From the IMG/VR virus record IMGVR_UViG_2930666980_000001, positions 1 to 64,000 of that record: 64,000 bases of DNA. One strand, written 5' to 3'. The translations under genes and the position numbers were made by a program. Positions within the stretch are counted from its first letter, which is position 1. Every line of letters begins with the position of its first letter. Source of the stretch: a virus. Taxonomy: Duplodnaviria > Caudoviricetes. Of this stretch, positions 19,872 to 27,989 are shown one piece after another. A model generated the notes under the pieces. The model was not told the DNA's origin and did no database searches. It saw only the letters and a list, made by a program, of their open reading frames with translations.

Positions 19872-20330
19872 TCAGGTCCGGTCGACCCCCGACACCCGCA
19901 CACTCTTGATCGCGGACATCGGGCCGTTGCTGATCTCCGACTCCAGCGGAGCCGTGTCGCCCTTGTGTGTCTTGCCCGGGCCGAGCTTGTCCGCCGTCAC
20001 ACCCGTCGACCCCAACACGTCACCATCAGCGTCGAGGAACTCCAGCCCCACGAAGTAGTCCGCAGCCGCAGCCCCGGAGTTCGTGATCTCATACCGCACC
20101 ACGTACGCCCCGGCACCCCACGTCTCGTGATCCTCGACCCCGGACCCCACGATCCTCGCGTCCTTCAACGCCCCCGCTGCCGGCGCATCCTCCGCACCTG
20201 CTGCGGCCGTCGACGAGCTCGACGCCACAGCGTCACCCTTCGCCGACCCCTCGCCACCCTCGGCGCCCCCACACGCCGTCAACACTCCTGCAGCAGCGAC
20301 GGCCACAGCCACCAGCCAAACCTTGCGCAT
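19872..20330 (-). CDS. Lipoprotein (FxLYD-like)
   Basis: Lipobox LTAC; ITNSG...YFVGLEFLDADG..LG...LGPG. Confidence 0.75.
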   Translation of the reverse strand: MRKVWLVAVAVAAAGVLTACGGAEGGEGSAKGDAVASSSSTAAAGAEDAPAAGALKDARIVGSGVEDHETWGAGAYVVRYEITNSGAAAADYFVGLEFLDADGDVLGSTGVTADKLGPGKTHKGDTAPLESEISNGPMSAIKSVRVSGVDRT

Positions 20331-20480
20331 GTCGTCCTCTCACAGTCACGGACCGCAGACCGTACGACGGCCAGCGACGACCCGCCCGAACAACTCTGCA
20401 CAACCCCCCGGACGAGGCACTCCTCGATCACCAGACCAGCAGTGTTCAGGGTTGTGCAGACTGAACGCTGAACCCCCGCC

Positions 20481-20705
20481 CTACCCGCACCACCCGACGT
20501 CACGCACCTCGAGCCCGCCCACGTACGCAACCATCACCACCCAGCACCGGCCCCCGAACACGTCCACCGCTTCCTCGCCACCCGGTGCCGGCCACTCCTC
20601 CGGCCGCCGCACCACGTCGTCGAGCAGGAGCCGCACCTCCTCACGCCCCACGGGCGGCAACCCAGCGACGACTTCAGCCGCCAACCACTCCAACTCGACA
20701 CGCAC
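20481..20705 (-). CDS. Small hypothetical protein, weakly RelE-like
   Basis: 74-aa ORF from GTG; size and pattern only. Confidence 0.4.
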   Translation of the reverse strand: MRVELEWLAAEVVAGLPPVGREEVRLLLDDVVRRPEEWPAPGGEEAVDVFGGRCWVVMVAYVGGLEVRDVGWCG

Positions 20706-20902
20706 CAGCGCCCCCCAACCTCGACAGGCCAGCACCGTACGACCGACTCCCGCGATCCCGCTCAGCCTGTGGATAACCACCCCGACCCCACAACGAACAG
20801 CCCCCGGCCGCTCCAGCGGAAGGGGGCTGCTGCTTGCTGTACTCTCTGCCGGTCCAGTGCGTGAGATCAGGCCGGGCGGACGTCCACGCCGCCCGGCCGC
20901 AC

Positions 20903-21205
20903 TCATTCCGTGACCGGCTTCTTCCGGGGCTTCGTGCCCCATGCGCTTCCGTGACCGCGCTCGATGTTCTGGACGGCACCCAGGGACATGCCGAGCTGCG
21001 CAGCGATCTGCCGGTATGAAACGTCCTGAGCGCGCAGAAGGTCGATGGCGACCCGTTGCATCTCGCGCAGCTGCGGCGCGCGCTCCTTGAAGTCCTTCAG
21101 GACCTGGCTAACTGCCACGGCGCGCGCAACGGGATCCTCAATTTCCTCGACCCGGTTCAAGGCGTCGACCACCTTCCGCGCCTCCTCAGGGACAACTTCC
21201 GCCAT
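20903..21205 (-). CDS. Small HTH regulator divergent from the membrane cassette
   Basis: LRAQDVSYRQIAAQLGMSLGAVQNIERG. Confidence 0.8.
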   Translation of the reverse strand: MAEVVPEEARKVVDALNRVEEIEDPVARAVAVSQVLKDFKERAPQLREMQRVAIDLLRAQDVSYRQIAAQLGMSLGAVQNIERGHGSAWGTKPRKKPVTE

Positions 21206-21243
21206 GCCCGCGTCCTTCCTTCGGCGGGCCGCCTTGCCGTGAG

Positions 21244-21261
21244 TGTATGCCATGGCATACA
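21244..21261. promoter_or_regulatory. Perfect 18-bp palindrome, putative operator
   Basis: TGTATGCCATGGCATACA between the HTH gene and the divergent operon. Confidence 0.75.
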
Positions 21262-21442
21262 TTCAGGCGCAGCAACCCAGGTTGCTCAGCAGAAAGCCCC
21301 GGCCTCGAGGTCGCACTCGTGAGGTCGGGGCTGGTGGAAGCGGCGGTGCCCGGAGGTCGCAATTCCGGGCACCGCCTCACCCCGGCCGTGATCGCAACAC
21401 GGGTCGGGACACGACAGACCTGCCGTTAACAGGAGCTGACGC

Positions 21443-21973
21443 ATGACGAACTGTACTGATCAGAAGTCCCCGGGCATCTGGGACCTCGCGGAAACGGCCG
21501 GCACGCTCGCCGTCTTCGCCGTCCTGCCCGACGCGCCCCGTGCATGGGACGGCGACGACGACCCCAACGGGCCGTGGCTGCCGAAGATCCCCCGCCCGCG
21601 CATCTCGCCGGTGACAGCGCCGATCCGGATCCCCCGTCAGCCGGAGGGCGTCGCCCCTCTGGTCGCGGAGGACGCCAAGAAGCCGACCATCCCCGGGCAG
21701 CGGATCCCGGCGAAGGTGCCGACGCAGCCGGTCCGGCAGCAGGCGGGTGCGCTCACCTGCTGCGGGCGGAAGCTCCGGCGGTCCGGGAGCCAGCTGGTGT
21801 GTGACAGCTGCGGCGCCTGGACGACCGCGGTCGCCACGCTCCTGCCGGTCGTCGCCGGACAGTGCGGCACCTGCCAGGGGAAGGGCGGCCGGGAGGTCGA
21901 CACCTCGTCGGGCGGGGTGACCCGCAAGAACTGGCGGAGCTGCACGGCGTGCAACGGGTCGGGGGTCCGCTAA
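21443..21973 (+). CDS. Zn-finger protein with DnaJ-like CxxCxGxG repeats
   Basis: CGTCQGKGG...CTACNGSG; RBS aggag. Confidence 0.7.
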   Translation: MTNCTDQKSPGIWDLAETAGTLAVFAVLPDAPRAWDGDDDPNGPWLPKIPRPRISPVTAPIRIPRQPEGVAPLVAEDAKKPTIPGQRIPAKVPTQPVRQQAGALTCCGRKLRRSGSQLVCDSCGAWTTAVATLLPVVAGQCGTCQGKGGREVDTSSGGVTRKNWRSCTACNGSGVR

Positions 21974-22521
21974 TGAGCACGGAGCAGCAGAAGGCCGCGG
22001 CGGCCTACAAGAACGCCGCGCCTCAGCGCGACCCGAAGGCCGTGGCGGCTGCGACCGCCAAGGCCACCAGCAACGCGAAGGCGTCGGCGAAGGCGGGGCG
22101 GTCCTGATGCCGAAGACCACCCCGGTTACTGCGGACGCGACGGCGACCGCCGCGCAGCTCCTCGCCCGGGCGAGGGTGGACCGCGCGGTGCAGGTCGAGA
22201 AGGAGCGGGCTCGCAGGCAGCGGGACGGGGGCCGGTCATGAGCTTCCTCGACCGCGTCCTCGCCAACGACCGCGTACGTGCCTCCTCCATGCGGCAGGCC
22301 GCGAAGGAGTCGGGCGGCACGTACGAGTCGGCCTCTCAGAAGGCCACGCGCCTCCGGCAGCAGCGGCACAAGACGGCCGTGTCCCAGAAGGGCGACGGTG
22401 CCGGCATCAAGCCGAGCAGGCGTCGCTTCGACTGGACGTAACCCCTGACCGGGACCGGGCCGCCTCTCCCCTCGAGGCGGCCCAGTCCTGTGTCTGTCCC
22501 ACGAGCGCGAAGGACGCGACG

Positions 22522-23727
22522 ATGACCCACCCCACCCCCGACGAGCACCAGCCCCGGATCCCCGGAGTGAAGTACCGGCCCGTCACCCGGTACCGCTGGG
22601 AGACGACGACGATCAACGGCATCCCGGAGGATCGGGAGGTCGAGTACACCGTCGACGAGCCGGTCCCCCCGCGTGACTGGGATGCCCTGGTCGTCCGTGG
22701 CGTCATCTCGTTCACGGTCGTCGCCGTGGTCCTCGCCGCGTGCGCGACGACCGCGAGCGTCGGCGGCCTGCTCGACAAGACCATGCCCGCCGTCTTCGCG
22801 TACGGCGGTGGTGTCCTGTTCACCGGGGCCTGGCTGATCTGCCTGGGCGTCGAGTGGCTCGAGCGCCGTGACCCCAAGCGCGCCATGCCGGCACGTGTCG
22901 CGGGATGGGGAGCGCTCGTGATCGCGATGCTCGCCGTCATCGCGTTCGGCGACTCCAAGCACGAGCCGCTGGCCGGTGCCGCCGGGGCGTGCCTGGACCT
23001 CCTCGCCAAGGGCGCCTGTGCGCTGGTCATCCGGTACCACGCGACGCCGCTGTCGGAGCCGGTCGCTTTCTGGCTGCGCCGTCGCCGGGAGAAGCTCGCC
23101 GCAGAGTCGGCGGTCGCCGCGGACATCCAGCGCCTCGACCGGTTCGCCGCCTACAACCACGCGGTCTACGGGCCGACGGCCGTGACCGCGGCGGCTGTCA
23201 CCACGGCGGCCGAGCCGTCGCGCCCTCTCCCGGCCGCGGACGCGTCCGGACAGACCCCGGCCGTGTCCGCCCCGCTGCCCGCACCGGTGGTGACGGTGCA
23301 GCAGCAGCCGAGCCCGGCCGCCGCTCCCGCTCCCGTCGCGCCCGCCCCGGTCGTCCCTGCTCCGGTGTCCGCACCGGCCGCCGTGCCGGCCGTGGCGGTC
23401 GCGCAGCAGCCGAACCCGGCCGTCGCGCCCGCCTCGACTCTTCAGCCCACCCCGGAGCCGGAGGCCACCCCGGCCGTCCAAGAGCCGCCGAAGGCCGAGG
23501 AGCCTGCGGCCGTCGAGGAGCCGGAGCCCGTCGCGGCGACCCTCCGCACCGTCGGCGACCCGCCCGGCATCGCGGCGACCATGCGCGCCGTGCTGCAGAA
23601 GACCCCTGACATCAGCGACGCCGACCTCGTCACCGAGGTCCGCGCAGTCGTCGGCGACCGCCCCAACCTCGCCGACACCATCGCGCGCACCCGCCGTCGC
23701 AAGCCGAAGAAGAAGGCAGCCTCATGA
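22522..23727 (+). CDS. Four-TM membrane protein with Pro/Ala linker and basic C-terminal domain (plasmid spread-protein-like architecture)
   Basis: Four hydrophobic segments, low-complexity linker, tail ending TRRRKPKKKAAS. Confidence 0.7.
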   Translation: MTHPTPDEHQPRIPGVKYRPVTRYRWETTTINGIPEDREVEYTVDEPVPPRDWDALVVRGVISFTVVAVVLAACATTASVGGLLDKTMPAVFAYGGGVLFTGAWLICLGVEWLERRDPKRAMPARVAGWGALVIAMLAVIAFGDSKHEPLAGAAGACLDLLAKGACALVIRYHATPLSEPVAFWLRRRREKLAAESAVAADIQRLDRFAAYNHAVYGPTAVTAAAVTTAAEPSRPLPAADASGQTPAVSAPLPAPVVTVQQQPSPAAAPAPVAPAPVVPAPVSAPAAVPAVAVAQQPNPAVAPASTLQPTPEPEATPAVQEPPKAEEPAAVEEPEPVAATLRTVGDPPGIAATMRAVLQKTPDISDADLVTEVRAVVGDRPNLADTIARTRRRKPKKKAAS

Positions 23728-23860
23728 TCTACTCCGACCTTGCCGTGGGCCTGATCGGCTGGCTCGTCGCCATCTACGGGCGGACCAGCTACTACCGAGC
23801 CGTGGGCGCCTGCACCGCTGGTGTTGCCCTCGTCCTTGCCCTGCTGTCCCCGATGGCGTG

Positions 23861-25012
23861 GTGACCCCGATGACCGCCGTCCCCGGGGCCGACGAGCTCC
23901 GCATGAAAAGTCTCCTGGTCCAGCGCGGGGTGCACCCCGCTGCGGACGGGCCCGCCGCGGCCGTCCCGCCCATGCCGGCCCAGCCCCCGACCGTCCACGA
24001 GACGGCTACCGCCGACGAGCAGATGCTCGCCGAGATGTTCCGGGGCGCGACCGCGCCGAGCCGCCAGACGGAGCTCACGCCCGGCCGCACGGTCGTGGTG
24101 AGCGGCAACTCCGGCCGCCTTCCCGACTGGCGCCGGGGCCCCCTCGACCTCTCCAAGCTCAACGCGCCCGACGAGGAGGAGGAGAAGGAGGAGCCCGCCG
24201 TCGAGCCGGAAGACGACGAGGACCAGGAGGAGGAGCAGGCACCGCCGGGCAGCGGCAGCCGCGACCTGATCGCGAGGCTCTTCGGCACGAACGAGGCGGC
24301 TCACGCCAGGTACGACGCCTTGGCCGCCAAGACTGCCGCCAGGGCCGCCGCCGCCCGGACGGCCGAGGACAAGGGCGACGAGGTCGAGAAGGAGGAGGAC
24401 GACGACCCGGCGGCCGAGGAGGCCGCCCCCGCCGTGGCCGTGGCCGCTCCCGCCACGGCGGCCCCCGCCGCGGTCGCGCCCAAGAAGCCCGCGACCTCGA
24501 AGGTCAAGGCCGTCACCGGCAACAGCCGTCTGCGCTCCCTGGCGTTCAACGGTGCGGCTGCCGGCATCGGGTGGAAGTTCGGCCTGGTCGACGTCCTCGG
24601 CCGATACCTCCCGTACGCCGAGCAGGCCGCCACCGGCATGGTCGGCCTCGCCCTCGCCATCGTCGGAGGGGCGGCCACCTACCGCGGCGCCGGGTACATC
24701 ACCCGCCACCCGGCCGTCACCCTCGTCCTGCCGTTCGCCCCCGTCGTACGGATCGGCGTCGCACTCGGCGCCGCCGCCTACGGCCACAAATCGGCCGCCC
24801 ACATCGTCGCCTGGATCAACCGGTACGGCCAGGAGTGGGGGCTCGGCGCCGACGCCGCCTCTCTCCTGCTGACCGCCGGAGCCATGTGCGGCGGCCTCTA
24901 CTGGGCGATCGACCGGCGCCTCCGTTACCTGCCCTGGCCCGCCCGCCTCCTCGTCCGCATCCCCCTCGCCTCCGCCCTGCTCGCCACCGCGCTGTACGGC
25001 CCCGGGAACTGA
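23861..25012 (+). CDS. Membrane protein with acidic N-half and multi-TM C-half
   Basis: Glu/Asp-rich region followed by 4-5 hydrophobic segments. Confidence 0.7.
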   Translation: MTPMTAVPGADELRMKSLLVQRGVHPAADGPAAAVPPMPAQPPTVHETATADEQMLAEMFRGATAPSRQTELTPGRTVVVSGNSGRLPDWRRGPLDLSKLNAPDEEEEKEEPAVEPEDDEDQEEEQAPPGSGSRDLIARLFGTNEAAHARYDALAAKTAARAAAARTAEDKGDEVEKEEDDDPAAEEAAPAVAVAAPATAAPAAVAPKKPATSKVKAVTGNSRLRSLAFNGAAAGIGWKFGLVDVLGRYLPYAEQAATGMVGLALAIVGGAATYRGAGYITRHPAVTLVLPFAPVVRIGVALGAAAYGHKSAAHIVAWINRYGQEWGLGADAASLLLTAGAMCGGLYWAIDRRLRYLPWPARLLVRIPLASALLATALYGPGN

Positions 25013-25022
25013 AAGGCCTCTC

Positions 25023-25493
25023 GTGCTCACCACCGTTACCACCCTCGCCGCCCCCGCGGGCATCAGCGGCATGCAAATCTTCGGAGCCGTCACCCTCTCC
25101 GGGCTGGCCCTGACCTCCGGTCTCTGCCTCCTCGCAGGACTCCGCGGCTCCAAGAAGATCAAGATCGACAGCCCCGACAAAGCCGCGTGGTGGGGGATCA
25201 TCACCGGCACCCTGTGGGAGGTTGCGGGCGGCACGTGGGCCGACCTTGCCAACGGCCTCGGCGGCATCTCGAAGGGTGCCCTTGGCGGAGACGGCTTCGG
25301 AGACCCGGGCCTGGGCGGCACCGCCCTCGCCCTCACTGCGATCGCCTTCGCCTTCGACTGGAAGCGGCTGGTCGTCCCCGCCCTCCTCGGCCTCTCCGCA
25401 GCCGTCGTCTACGGGGAGGCCGGAGGCATCTGGGGCATCGGCGTCAACATCATCCGCATGATCGCCGGGAAGCTCACCGGTGGTGCCGGATGA
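25023..25493 (+). CDS. Gly-rich hydrophobic membrane protein
   Basis: 156 aa, about four TM segments. Confidence 0.75.
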   Translation: MLTTVTTLAAPAGISGMQIFGAVTLSGLALTSGLCLLAGLRGSKKIKIDSPDKAAWWGIITGTLWEVAGGTWADLANGLGGISKGALGGDGFGDPGLGGTALALTAIAFAFDWKRLVVPALLGLSAAVVYGEAGGIWGIGVNIIRMIAGKLTGGAG

Positions 25494-26680
25494 GCGTCCG
25501 CGATGAGGTCATGGCCTGGCTGCGAGGACCCCACCCGCGCGCGGTGGGCGTCCGTGACGAGGTCATGGCCCCGCTGCGAGGACTCCACCCGCGCAACCTC
25601 ATCGCCGGGTCGTGGGTGCTGGCCGGTCTGCTGCTCCAGCTCCTTGCTCGAGCCATCCGGGCCGGGCTGGCCCTGTACCGGAGCGGCGGCCAGGAGGAGC
25701 CGGAAGCGAAGCCCGTGCCGGCACGCAAGAAGGTGCCGGCATCGCTCCGGAAGAAGAAGGGCAAGGGCGCGGCGAAGGCGCAGGCCGCGCCGGAGGGCGA
25801 GGACCAGGAGGACGCCGACGCCGAGGGCGAGGAGCAGACCGACGAGGCCGAGGACGCCGAGAAGGCCAAGCCCAAGCCGAAGCCGAAGGGCAAGGCGACG
25901 ACCGCGGCCGACAGCTTGGAGAAGCTGGCCATCAACGGGCTCGGCATCGTGGTCGCGCTCGTCGTCCTGGCCACGGCCGCCGGACCGCTCCGCGACGCCA
26001 CCGCCCGCCTCATCGGCCCGTACCTCCCGATCATCACGGCCGTGCTCGTCGTGGCCTGGATCATCGCCGCCGCGATGCTTGCCCCCGACCCGAAAGCCAT
26101 CCCGGAGGAGCGTGAGCATGACAAAAATATTTCGGTGGGGGAGTGGTCCGAACTGACGCCGGAGCAGGAAGCCGCCGCCCGCGACGCCGCCGCCGGACGC
26201 GCGCTCCTGCGCTACGTCATCACCTGCGTACGCGCCGCCGTCCAGGAAGGCCGCAAGGGCATCCACATCGCCACCATGCTCGAGGGCATGCCCGGCAATG
26301 CCGACGTCAGCCTCTTCCGCGCGGAGTGCGACCGGTACAAGATCCCCACCCGCAAGCTCCAGATCCGCAACGTCGGCAACACCTGGGGCGTCCGCGCCGA
26401 CGACCTCGAGGCCGCCCTCGGCGCGTCGCTGGACGACGCCCTTGAGGCTCTCACCAGCGGCCCCGATTCCCTCGTCGACGAGGGTCAGCAGGGGGCCCCC
26501 GTCGAGGCCCCCGTCGAGGGCCCTGCCTACCCCTCTGTCGGCACCCCCGTCCCGGTGCCGACCGGCCCCCCGCCTCACCCTCCGGTCGAGGCCCCCGCCC
26601 AGCCCCCCAGCGAGGCCCCCGACGAGGAGGCAGGAGGGGCCGCCCCCCGGGCCCCGCTCGCCCGCCTCATCGAGGCCTGA
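25490..26680 (+). CDS. Membrane protein with cytoplasmic C-terminal domain
   Basis: ATGA coupling; three TM segments, then KGIHIATML...GVRADDL. Confidence 0.7.
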   Translation: MSVRDEVMAWLRGPHPRAVGVRDEVMAPLRGLHPRNLIAGSWVLAGLLLQLLARAIRAGLALYRSGGQEEPEAKPVPARKKVPASLRKKKGKGAAKAQAAPEGEDQEDADAEGEEQTDEAEDAEKAKPKPKPKGKATTAADSLEKLAINGLGIVVALVVLATAAGPLRDATARLIGPYLPIITAVLVVAWIIAAAMLAPDPKAIPEEREHDKNISVGEWSELTPEQEAAARDAAAGRALLRYVITCVRAAVQEGRKGIHIATMLEGMPGNADVSLFRAECDRYKIPTRKLQIRNVGNTWGVRADDLEAALGASLDDALEALTSGPDSLVDEGQQGAPVEAPVEGPAYPSVGTPVPVPTGPPPHPPVEAPAQPPSEAPDEEAGGAAPRAPLARLIEA

Positions 26681-26725
26681 CGGCCCCCTCCCCGGCCCCC
26701 GCCGCGAGACGACCCGCGCCCCCAT

Positions 26726-26815
26726 CAACCACCCCCGCAACCACCCGCTGACCTGCGCATCTACCACCCCGGCAACCGGCCAGCAACCACCCATGAACCA
26801 CCCCGGCAACCATCG
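26726..26815 (+). repeat. Phased non-coding array of CAACCACCC-like 9-mers
   Basis: Copies at 26726, 26738, 26761, 26773, 26784, 26795, 26807. Confidence 0.7.
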
Positions 26816-26950
26816 CCCGGCCCCCTTCCGAGGAGGCCGGGCGATGGTGTTGCGCGTCACAACCCACCCCGCCCGGGCGTCGCCACCGCTACCGTATGGA
26901 GCGTCGCCATTACCCTGCGCCACGAGGCCGCTACCCCGGAGGAGACCGCC

Positions 26951-27181
26951 GTGCACCGCTACCGCTGCCCGCTGTGCGGCATCACGTCCACCGCGTACAT
27001 GACCATCGCCGGGGCCAACCGGCACGGCGCCGTCCATCGGGACAAGCGCCACGGCGGCGACCATCCCGACGGCGAGCACATCGTCCACGGCGCCGCCTAC
27101 CGCGCCCCTCAGGGCGGCGAGTGGATGGCCGTAGCCATCGTCCTGGTCCTCCTCGCGGTCGGCCTCCTCGGCAAGCTCTGA
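26951..27181 (+). CDS. Small Zn-finger membrane-anchored protein
   Basis: YRCPLCG...H...H plus C-terminal TM; RBS ggagg. Confidence 0.65.
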   Translation: MHRYRCPLCGITSTAYMTIAGANRHGAVHRDKRHGGDHPDGEHIVHGAAYRAPQGGEWMAVAIVLVLLAVGLLGKL

Positions 27182-27479
27182 CCCCCGGCCACCTCGAGCC
27201 GAGCATGCCGAAGGGGGCCGCACCTGACCCGGTGCAGCCCCCTTCGGCGTCCTCCGCCGACATGTCGGAATCCTCGCCACCGCTTCCCGGTTGTCCGGGA
27301 CAGGATCCGACCCGGAGGTTGCGGTGGCAGGTACGACAGCGTTCGTGATGGTGCTCCTCGGCGTGTGTCTCGTCGGCCTGGTCGCGGTGATCGCGAAGGC
27401 CCGCGTGGAGATCGCACGCATCCATGCACGCGGCAGCGCGCAGGAGGTCAGGCGCCGGTAACCGCGAGCGGCACACAGA

Positions 27480-27508
27480 GAAGCCCCGGCCGGCAGCCGG
27501 GGCTTTCT
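27480..27508. terminator. Hairpin between convergent transcription units
   Basis: gaagccccggc-cggca-gccggggctttc. Confidence 0.65.
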
Positions 27509-27521
27509 CGTTCTCGCTGGC

Positions 27522-27812
27522 TCATGATCCTCCGAACAGACCGCTCCCGCCGGTGCGCTTCGCCGCCTTGATGGCCTTAACGGTCGGCTTCCGCTTGCGC
27601 GGCACGTCGAACCTCCGCGCGATGACGCGGACGGTCTCCTGCGTGAACGGCAGCTTCTCCGCGGCGGCTGCATTGGTCAGCTCCGGGTTGGCCTTGAGGT
27701 CCTCGGCCACGGCTGCGTACAGCCTTTCCCGGGACTCCTTCAAGGCGTTCTCGGCGTCGTCGACGTCCTTGATCGCGGCCTGCACTTCGGCGCTGGGGGT
27801 GTACTCACTCAT
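27522..27812 (-). CDS. Small HTH protein, candidate repressor of the TTGnnCAA regulon
   Basis: TNAAAAEKLPFTQETVRVIARR; operator pair at 27824 and 27838 just upstream of its start. Confidence 0.75.
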   Translation of the reverse strand: MSEYTPSAEVQAAIKDVDDAENALKESRERLYAAVAEDLKANPELTNAAAAEKLPFTQETVRVIARRFDVPRKRKPTVKAIKAAKRTGGSGLFGGS

Positions 27813-27887
27813 GACAGGCAGTGTTGCACAAGCCGACTTGGACAGGGAAGCCGACCCGGCGTGTTCTCGCGGGCCCCTGCGACACAC

Positions 27888-27940
27888 TTAGACATGCATG
27901 CTTGGACAACTTGACTTGTGCAAGTTCACTTGGATACGGT
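27888..27940 (+). promoter_or_regulatory. Promoter/operator array P1
   Basis: TTGACT-18 bp-TACGGT; boxes at 27888, 27902, 27916, 27930. Confidence 0.85.
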
Positions 27941-27989
27941 GAGGTCTCCAGTCGGGCGCACCGCCCGGCGACGAGCAAGGGAGCTCCTC

